Part shown: positions 1 to 9,800 of the stretch, in pieces
Layout of the letters: each line of letters starts with the position of its first letter
How positions within the stretch are numbered: position 1 is the stretch's first letter
Source: Nemertoderma westbladi
Lineage: Eukaryota > Animalia > Xenacoelomorpha
NCBI GenBank assembly: GCA_032718475.1
Contig: JAUCBJ010007542.1
Coordinates: forward strand, 51,096-115,095
Length of the DNA: 64,000 nucleotides
Direction: 5' to 3'
Notes under the pieces: generated by a model
What the model was told of the DNA's origin: nothing
Databases searched by the model: none
What the model saw: only the letters and a program-made list of their open reading frames with translations
Made by a program: the position numbers and the translations under genes

Positions 1-15
1 AGTAGTAGTAGTAGT
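1..15 (+). repeat. (TAG)n microsatellite, probably the 3' tail of an RTE LINE copy upstream of the window
   Basis: The same (TAG)n tail ends the RTE copies at 18531-18545 and ~53959-53975. Confidence 0.5.
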
Positions 16-1434
16 GAGACCCTAGTGGCTCGGCGGCAGGGGATGCGGGAACGCGGCCTAGCCTGCGTTCTTAGGGGGAGTTCGGAGGTGGCTGCAGTTC
101 GCTCTCCTCCGCTCAAACTCCCTTTGTCTGCGTGGTGGCCGGCGACCATGGAGGGCGCTGGGCTTTGGGGATGTTGCGGGTCAGCTGGGCAATGACCTCG
201 CAGGCCGATATTAATCCACGGTGCACCCCCTTTTTTAATTGTATTGAATTGAATGATATATCAGATCTTGTTGAATAATAATATAATAGCATATTACTTG
301 ATTGCGTTAGTATTGAATCTTTAATATATTATACTAAATAATAATAATATTTATTATATTATGTAAATATATTAATAGTATAAACAGCTTTACCATAAAT
401 ATATTGTTATACAGTATTTCACATTTAAAATTTATTTAATTAATTATTTTGCATTTTATACAAACACTGATATTATTTTTAGCGTATTTACAAAAGCAAA
501 GAATACAAAGGTGCTTTTGTGGTAAGTATGCAAATACAGTTTTTATGTTAATGCAAATTCTTACACAGTAATATTAACCAAGTATAACAGTATAACAAGT
601 TAAACAGTAAAATTCAGTTTTTATTCTTTCATAATATGTTATTTTTTGTTGGTTTTAAATAAAATTTGAAATATTTTTGGTACTAAACAAGATCCCCAAT
701 GTCCCGTCAACACCTTGGGTTGACGTGAGGGACATTGGGGCTAATCTGTAATAAGGAATTCAGTTTCCAACAATTCCTTAAATCACACTCTTATATGAAC
801 AGAACTTCACAGTCTAGTCCAATACTAGTGACGGGCCTAGCGGCCTGATAAGGAGCCCGACTTTTTATTTCAAATAAAAGAGACAACGAGAAAAATTATA
901 GAACTAATTATGTAAAAATACAATCATATTTCATACAATAATTAGTAATAAATTCGATCTATTATTATTTGCTCAATTCTAGAACAAAATCCACCTGCAA
1001 ATAGTGAAGACCTCGTTTTGGAATTTCGAAACCATGCTGGTCCGATGCGCGATGTCGAGTTTAGTTAATAAATAGAAAACTATATCAATTTATATGTACC
1101 TAGTAATTAGAAATCCTTATGAATGTAATCAAATGCTAATTATTATAGAAAAATTTCCTCAAAAAGTAAGTCTTGGCATTGGTGACGCGAAACTAGGCTA
1201 GTTAGATATTGCGTTTAATATAAAAATCGAAAACCCCCATCAAATTCCGTAAAGGCGTTAATAAAATATTTTTAAAATTTTTAAAATTGGTAAAATTCTA
1301 GAATTAGAAAAATTACATTTTGAACGGCAATATATGTGGTTCCGAAACATGGATAGGCTGAAAGAGGACTTCGTGAAAGAGGACATTCTGCCTATTTTAG
1401 TAACATCCAGGGAATCTGACTAATCCGCTTATCC

Positions 1435-1690
1435 GCTAAATGTCATTCACCTAACAAAACATTTTGAATGCCACAGTGAGTAACCCGATAAGATTATAAA
1501 GCAGTGATTTTTAAATTTTAAACTATAATGTTAACCTATGGAGAATCATATATGGCAGATTAAACATACACTTTTATAAACATACAGTCTCTACAGTATT
1601 AATGTTGGCCCAAAGATTTCTAAATAAAACAATTATGATTAGGCAATAGTGCAATACAGTGCAATAGATACAGTGCAATAGTACTTGATC
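1435..1690 (+). repeat. Dispersed single copy of the ~250-bp satellite unit found at 59530-60210
   Basis: CTAAATGTCATTCACCTAACAAAACATTTTGAATGCCACAGTGA...CAGTATTAATGTTGGCC is shared with 59531 onward. Confidence 0.8.
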
Positions 1691-2282
1691 AAATAGAAAG
1701 GCTGCAACAATAATTTGAAAGCAATAATCGTAATTCCTCAATTTTCGGAAAAAGGCTACAACGCTACGTACAGTATATTAATATGACCAATATGAATGAA
1801 AACATCTTGCTTGAAATAGTTTAATCCAAGGATACTGTTTAACTCATTAGTGGTTCGTCAATCCAAGGAAACTCCAGTTACGGAAACTTCATTTGTGTAA
1901 GCTCTTCTGCCTGCAACTGTTCTATTCCTGCTAGGTTCTTTGAAAGAGATGGCCTCCTAACTGTCAATACCAATTATTAGAGAATAAACATGGAGACCAC
2001 AATTATTGCGAAATTAATACATAAACAAGAAACCTGCGTGTTATCTACTAGTTACGTTAGTTACACAACTAACTTACTTTCTGGAATCCTGCTAGAAGTA
2101 ACATGTGATTCACAACATATTTGTTTACATATGTAATAACTTTTACTTAAATATAATTAGGTAATAATAAGTATGCCTATTTATCTAATTACCGGTATGT
2201 AGGCCCTAATATGTATTGACTTGGAAAACTGGAGTACTGTACTCTGATGTGACTTAATAAAGATGTTGACATAAAGTTGATT

Positions 2283-4655
2283 ATGAGATCTTCAGAGACT
2301 GCGCGTCTTCACTCAGAGGGTAATTCTTTAACGCCCGTGGAAAAAGTTGAATTACGCGAAGTTAACCGGTCGCCTCAAATACAGAAAAACGTAAAGGCGG
2401 ACATTCCGAGAGACAATCAACAAACAAACTGCTTGCGAAGACTGCTGAAAGATCATAAGAAAAAACTTATATCCGCAGGTGTCATATGTTTTCTCGTATC
2501 TCTTGCTGTCATATTACTAAGCATGCTGCTACCTGGGGCACCAGAGTCGGCACTACCACCACCACCACCACCACCCACCACCATTACAGCACCACCACCC
2601 ACCACCACTACAGCACAACCACCCACCACAACTACCAAGGCAGTATTCCCATGTGCCGGTAATTCCGTTTCTAATAAACCTGCTTCTTTTTTAAACAACG
2701 ACGTGATCTGCGACGGTGGTGATCTTATAATACAGTTTCGAGACGAGTCATCTTCCACTGATTTCAATAAAGATTGGGATTCTTATGAAAAAGGTTTTGG
2801 TGACATGAGTGGAAAAGGTTACTGGCTCGGGTTAGAAACAACTCATCTAATAACAACAGAATGGGAATGTGATCTAAAGATTAAATTTAAGGTATTACTT
2901 GGCCTGCCCCCTCCTCTCATTTATACAAAAAATTTCAGATCATGTTTTCAGTTTTCTTATACCGTAGATTAATGTTAACCAACTTTATAATATTTAATTT
3001 TATGTTAGCTAAGTCATTATTGATACCTTTTTTGGTACTACTATGTTATGGGTACCCACTTTTTGACCAATTTTTTTCTTATGAAAATGGCTTTTATTAT
3101 GAGGTTTTTTGTTCTAGAACTAATATTTGACCTTCTGACAGTTAGTTGGTAGCTATAAATTTTTATTTTCGTGTTAGCTAGTACTTTTTATTAGCTAGTT
3201 AAAAAAATAAAAAATATAATTTAATCCTCAATTACATTTATGTGGAATAATTTATGAGTAATGGTAGCTAGTAATTTGAATTTTTTAGCTAGGGGGTTAT
3301 AGCTAGTCATAATTATTTACTAGCTAGTTTTTTTATGTGCTGTAAAAATACAGTTAATATTATTCATGTTGTCAATCAAGTTGTGTAAATGTAAATATAA
3401 AATTATGTATATTTTTTATTACACTCAGTCAGAAATATAATATGTAATTTTAAAAACAGTAGCTACCTTAAAAAAAACACTAGCTACCATAAAAAAAACA
3501 ATAGCTATCGTCTCTAAGGAGATGAAATTTATGTTCTAAAAGAAAAACCCTCATGATAATAGCTATTATAATGGTCAAATAATTGGTCAAAAAGTGGGTA
3601 CCCATAACATAGTAGTACCGGTACCCCTTTTTTTTCATGCACTTTAATCAATTAAAAAAACAATCTACTTAAATCACTAGCTACCCTAAATATTAGTAAT
3701 TATAGTTAGTAATTTAATCTATAAATACTGTATATACAGTACTGTATTAAATCTACGGTGGCTGATCTTTGCCAATTAATTAATTTTTCTATTTTTTTCG
3801 GAAGTTCTCAATGACGTCATAATTTATGGTCGACAGTGGTGAGAGGAAATGCGACTGCAGTCCTCGGCACCTTCCCCTCTAACAGAAATCTAGACGTGAT
3901 TTTCTTACTTTAAATTGTAAACCACATGTGTCGAGGTGCCGAAAAGGGCACTAGTGTATATTGTGCACACCCCCCCCCCCCCCCCCCCCCCCCCTCCCCT
4001 CAAATTTTGTATACTAGCTAGTTTTTGTTACTTTTACTTATAATTGTTCTAGAACATATAATCTATTCATTTAATATAACAATTTTGTTCTATAACAAAT
4101 ATTTTTTGTTCTAGAACCAAAAATAGAAAAAACTAGTTAATTTGTTTATATTTACTAGTAATTGTTTTTAACTCTTACTAATCAAACATTATTATTTTTT
4201 TTCATTTACATGTTATTCAAAAAACCTAAAGAAAAACTCTAAATAATTAAACTCTCAATTACTAATAAAACTTTCAATAAATTGGGGAGGGAGGCATGCC
4301 AAGTAATACCGAATTAACAATTTAGTCTTCGAATTCTATTTGGCATGCCACATATAAGAATGTAAAGATAGGTTCAGGAGAAACAAATTACACGTTAATT
4401 TACGGAACATTTGGAATTTTCCAAAACATGAATAATGAAATGGCCGCTGCTAATGGTTCGCAGTTCTCTACTAAAGACGCAGATCATGATGATTCCGCCG
4501 ACACCTCGTTGGCTAGAGAGCGGACCGGCGGTTGGTGGCATACCACGGATTCCAAGACGAACCTCAATGGGGATTATCAGTCTGTTGAAAGAAACTTTTG
4601 GGGCGAAAAAAAAGTCGTTACATGGTCTACGATGATAATTCGTAACTGCGTTTAA
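2283..4655 (+). CDS. Type II transmembrane fibrinogen-related (FReD) protein, FIBCD1-like architecture, ~312 aa; exons 2283-2891 and 4326-4655
   Basis: Basic residues then a hydrophobic TM (LISAGVICFLVSLAVILLSML) and a Pro/Thr stalk. FReD motifs: IQFR, DFNKDWDSYEKGFG, YWLGLE, FSTKDADHD, GGWW, NLNG. Phase-0 donor AAG|GT at 2892 and phase-0 acceptor TTTAG| at 4325 join KIKFK to SSNSIWHATYKNVKIGSGETNYTL, which fills the missing FReD segment. An upstream exon is not excluded. Confidence 0.85.
2569..2640 (+). repeat. Coding 24-bp x3 tandem repeat (PPPTTITA / PPPTTTTA / QPPTTTTK), mucin-like stalk
   Basis: CCACCACCCACCACC(A)TTACAG-type units are directly visible. Confidence 0.85.
2891..4310. mobile_element. 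Non-autonomous DNA transposon with TIRs, occupying the FReD intron
   Basis: GGTATTACTTGGCCTGCC (2891) versus GGCATGCCAAGTAATACC (ends 4310): 17/18 inverted match. TSD is degenerate. Confidence 0.7.
3034..3619. mobile_element. Nested MITE with 39-bp perfect TIRs (GG-start, Merlin-like)
   Basis: GGTACTACTATGTTATGGGTACCCACTTTTTGACCAATT is inverted at 3581-3619 and extends imperfectly to ~90 bp. CCTTTTTT occurs on both flanks, with the right copy offset by GGTACC. Confidence 0.85.
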
Positions 4656-5321
4656 TTAAATGAATAGGAATACTGTTTGTTAAACGTACCTTTTAATTGT
4701 TTAAAACCGGGAATTTAATTTTGAAGCTCCCACTATAGCCTTTATAATGTTATTGTTACCGGTAATGTAAATTGGTTTTTTACTCTCCATCTTCGGTGTA
4801 CCTTACACGATACTACTTCGCCCTGTCGACACCCTCTGCTATTTTTTGCAATATATCTAATGTTTAGTTCAGAGCCCAACATGTATTTTTCGTGCGGGCA
4901 CCAAAATTGACTGCCACACGAAATTTTCAAAATTGATTGTTTCGAAATTATTATTATCTGACCTATATTCTCGCGATTTATAGGTTTTCTATTATCGCGA
5001 ATTGATAGGATTTAATATAATAATATACACCCGGGGTAAATTGAAACTGCTAAAATAAGCAACTGTAAAAGGCCGCACTATTAGTAAAATATGTAAAGTT
5101 AGTTATATAAAAAAATAAATATTAATTTAATTATAAAAGTTGATTAGTGTAGGCCTATTTTGCGGTTTGCTAGTTTGCGGATAACGAAGGGCTGCAGGGG
5201 CATGCCAGGGCATGGTACAGTAGAGGTTGTCACAGCGGTGCGAGCAGAAACTGCTTACACACTCTGAGGTTCTCGTATGGAATGGCTGGCGGTTGCAGCA
5301 TAGTTTATGATGGAACCCATG

Positions 5322-5707
5322 CACAGTGGTCCAGATGCGGCCAAAAGTCCCAAAAAAATGTTTTATTAAAATTTAATTTTAACCAACACAAAATGTTCAC
5401 AAGATCCGAGCAACCAGACGACATTTTTTTTTTTCATGTTTTTGAAAATTTCTTCCAAAACTGACCAAAATTACTTGAAATTTTCACATTTTGAAAAAAA
5501 AATAACATTTTATGTGTAATTTGTTTTTTTTATAAAATCAGAACAAGACGTCGGAATCGCAAATTTTTTTGTGCACATTATCTACTCATGAAGCTGAACG
5601 TTAATATGGACGTTTTTACATCATTCACTCAAAGGCAGAGTATTTGCACAAGATAACACCATATTTTTCTGTAAAAACTACCGGCTTTTTAAATTTAGGA
5701 TGCTAGA
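5322..5707 (+). mobile_element. Probable Transib-like DNA transposon left end, truncated at the LTR
   Basis: Starts CACAGTG followed by AT-rich subterminal-type sequence; no partner end found. Confidence 0.4.
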
Positions 5708-6753
5708 TGTTCGCGCTTTTAGACCTTTTAGCAGATAACCTGCCAATTTAAATGTCCCTTTAATTATAAATCGACTTTTGCCCTTACCTATTACATGGTG
5801 TACTGAATTTACATCCGCCGAAGCCAGTCCGTGCGCGGCGTATGACCCATGGATTAGGGTTCCCTAGAAAGTTATTGCGGTTTAGGCTGCTTTGTATTAT
5901 TCGATTGATCGCTACTATATAATCTCCGACAACTATATTTACTTTCGAGGAAATATTAGCAGTTCCTTTGGGACGTGGCGCTTTAAGTATAAAACAGAGT
6001 TATGACTTACACTAATCACAACTAGATGGCTATAGAATCTCGTAAATAGCGCATTCTTTAGGAAATGCTTTATTAACCCTCACACTACTTCACACTAATT
6101 CACACTAATTTGCCGATCGTCACTGATTTTGATCATATATAAGGAGGATTGCAACTGACACATGTAGGGATTATGAAACAGCATTTAATTCACACAAAAA
6201 CCACTATAATTTGAGTCGCAGTTGCTACCAGTAGACCCTTCTGCTTACCTCAGTAATTAAAAAAGTTGAGGGGTTTACGATTATTTATCGGTATTCTCCA
6301 AATATAACATCCATTAATATAAACAGCAATTAACAACAATATAAACAGCATTAAGACAGTGCGGTGAACAGAGTCAGTATGTGTTGATGTGATGCGGTTT
6401 GTGCCGATGATAATAGATTTACGTTCTTATAACTCTAGCCATCAGATGTTCTTTGGGCAAAGTCTGAAACGTCTGGACTTAGGGCTGAATCCAGAATGGA
6501 ATAGGATTCTCAGAAAAACTGCCGCATTACACCATTTTCTATAGGGCTCTATTGGCATAACAGGGAAGGTTGCTCTGATTGGCTAAAAATATGTCCAAAC
6601 AAAGAAACCTCCACATACACAAAGAATCAGCTGACAGATTTTGTCATCTCAGTTTATTTTCTGACAGAAGCGTAGCTGAACAATTCTCGGCCTTTTTAGA
6701 GTATTCAGCGCATTGTGTAAAAATAATTTGTTATGTCCGCAAAAGCTTTTACA
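5708..6753 (-). mobile_element. ~1.05 kb LTR (TGTAAAAG...GAACA), inferred 3' LTR of a BEL/Pao element
   Basis: TG...CA ends on the minus strand, CCAAT boxes (plus-strand ATTGG at ~6551 and 6578) and minus-strand AATAAA at 6069-6074. The U5 end 5707-5763 matches 36481-36537 at 54/57. The U3 start matches ~48170-48231. Confidence 0.7.
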
Positions 6754-6830
6754 CTGCTCCCAGAAAATGGGATTCAAGTCTATAAAATATAAAAATCACA
6801 GTTTCTAATATATAAAAATACTCTAAACTA

Positions 6831-9800
6831 TCAGTCCTTCTTTCGCAAACGGCGTTTACGAAGTTTTTTAAGACTAGTGAGAGTCTTTTTCTCTTTGGGG
6901 CGAGCCACTTTACTAGGAGGGCTATAACTCCTGGGGGAAGGGTGCAATACAATTGCATCAGAAGGTTTTGGATTACGGTCGTTGTATCCGCCGGTCAAGG
7001 TACCCGGTTGATCGATGTCGACATCGGTGGATCGAGGGCGAACAACCTTTAGAGCTCGTTTCAGGATGGCAGCTCTTACTGATCCTTGATGGGTTGTTTG
7101 CACGACAGCGGTAGGTTGACCGTGTGTAGTGAAAAATTTCCTCGGTTTGATTGTTCTCTCTAATTCGCGTTCTCTGGCTTTATATTCATATGGTCGTCTA
7201 TGAACTTCTTGTAACTCAGGATGCGAGTTTATGAACAAGTCACCATATTCAGGATCTTGGCGGATAAAGTTGATCAAGTTGTAGGAATCCGGGTTATTGG
7301 GATTGATATTCCTCAGATATTTGCGAACATATTTGGCTGAAATGTTCTCGCCAACACGTTTCATCAGTTTGTAACTGGGGGTGCGAGATTTTTGTTCAAT
7401 GGAGGAAAAGAGGTATGGGTGAAACGCATAAACTCCTTCATATGCACGTCTTGGATAGTATTGGTGACGTGATTCGCAATGGAGATCCGCATTAGCTTCC
7501 CAAGATCTGATGTAACGCAAGGTAACTATTTTGTCTATGCTTTCTAGATCTCGATTGAAAGGGCAATCGAAACTTGCATGTCCTTTGAATTGACAGTGGT
7601 GACATTGAGTCATAAATTGAGGGCAAACTGCGAAAATATGTAAATTGTTGAGTCTACAATAAGCACAATCAAGCAAGCAAACAGTCGGCCGAAGCCGGAG
7701 GCGACCCGAAGGCTCCTCTTTTGATAGCTGCTACCCGAGGGTAGGGGTGGGCGCTACTCCTATCCCAAGATTTGCTCCCAGTTATTTAACTGGTTCTCAT
7801 TTTATCGACCCCAGTGGATGAAAGGCTGAGTGGACCCTGGCGGGGCTGAACCTACAACCATTAGATTGCAGGCCCGGCGCTCAACCAACTGAGCTACCCC
7901 GCCTTTTAATATATATATATATTAGCACAATAAATCTCCATAATAGGTTGGTCTTTAAAGTAGGAGCAGGGTTTGCTGTAGTCCATTGGGGTAAAGTGAT
8001 CCCGTGATGCACATAATCGGCAACGTTTCCTAGAAATGTAATTGGCATGTCGATAATCATATGCCGTGAGACATTGTGGACCTTGATACCATTCCAACAC
8101 ATAATCATTATTGCTACTCCTGGACACTGCAGGTTGAATTTCTTCAGATTCCAAGCAAATTGGTTCTTCTTCAACTTGCATAGCTGCGATAGATGTAGCT
8201 GTTTTCTCAAGGGAACCCACTGTTTGAACTTCCACGATAGAATAACCCGTGGGGATTCGGGGTCTTTGTATGACAGATGAATGTAGATTCTGTATACAAA
8301 CGTCCTTAAAAATGGCAAATCCAGCGCTGTCCAACTTCTCAGCAGCGGAATCTATCAGGCTGAGTTTGGTCAAAGCACGGTCTTTAAACTGACTGTCAAT
8401 GTTACGGAACGGAGTCAGAAAGCGCCTGAAGCATTTGAATCGGATGAATTTATTGTGTTCATCTAACTTAGCGAGTTTAGTTCCAAGCACTAAGGGATGA
8501 GTGCTTATAGTTCGACTGCACACATCGGCTAGCCAACCGGCAAGTGCGGCGTTCTCGAAGATGGTATATATAGCTAATGAGGGACGGAGTGGAACACTCA
8601 TAAAGCTATAAACGACTCCAGGTGCTGTTAATGGTCCGTCAAAATATAATCGAGAATAATGGTCGCCATATATTTGTTGATAACTGACAGGATTTCCAAC
8701 TTTAAAATTCCATCCGTATTCTTGGAAGGCAAGATGTCCGATAGAGGTTCTTTGTACTTTATTGATTCCGGTCAGTGTATTGGCATACATAGTTCGGAAG
8801 AAACTTCGGCCTTCTGCCCATGGTGCTATCAGTTGGGTATCTACGAAAGGATATGGGATATTCTCCATATTTCTAAAGTCATTATGGAGATCTCCATAAA
8901 GTGCTGAACCGATTTTAATTATTCTCTCAACAAACAGCATCTCGAGGACTGGCTGGGGTAGCATAGATCCATCTATACCCATGGCCGGTTTGCACTCGGT
9001 ATCGGTAACATAATGCTGCGCGAGTTCGAATTGTCCATGTCGGAGTTTCTTTTGTATCTCTGTGAGAGTCTCAAAAGAATAATCGATCACGTCGGAACAT
9101 GCTCGAGTAAAAACATGGGTAGAACCAGCTAATCCTCGTATGTGTATCATTCGCGTAGTTCCTAGTTCTCCAAGAGTAACACTAACTTCCTTATCGTAAG
9201 TAACAACTCCGTACATTTCGATAACCTTAAGACTTTCGTTCCACTCTTTGGTGGTGTTTTATATGGTCATACCCACCGGATGCCATAATGTCGCGCATTC
9301 GCTGGCGTTAGGTAAATCGCTATACTTCAAATAATGTGTAGTATGTGTAGCTTCATCTCCGTATCGCTGTATTCTTTCTTCTTCAAATAATACATCGAGA
9401 TTCCAATGGACTAATCGAGTTTTAATGAATCCATCGAGATTATACGGAGGTATTACGTCCTTTTCTATTCTTGAAACATTATAAGGTTTTCTGAATGAGT
9501 TTACTTCAACCAATTGATCTAAATGTTTTTGTAGTTGTTCAAGTTCGACAAGATCGAGGGGATTTATCAATGGTAGAAACTTTAAACTATGTGTAGGATC
9601 TTCTGGTTTCGCCATATAATATTGAGTTAAATGGACATAATAGGGGTGATCTTTGATGCCGTAAAATGAGTTTGGTAAAGGTCTAGCGCGTAGGTTAACC
9701 TCGTGTACCATACGACGGACAAGATCCGCTCGATTGTCCGGAGGTTCAACGAGTATACCGTCGACACGTGCAGCCTCGATTGGCGGACGTTGTAACATAG

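Noticed and set aside
2892-3130. C-terminal extension of ORF 2277-2972 and ORF 2942-3130
   Set aside because: These are read-through into intronic transposon sequence; FReD similarity resumes at 4326.
7830-7903. Functional tRNA genes here, at 27559-27621 and at 61948-62015
   Set aside because: A/B boxes are present but the cloverleaf stems do not close; these are SINE heads or tRNA-derived remnants.
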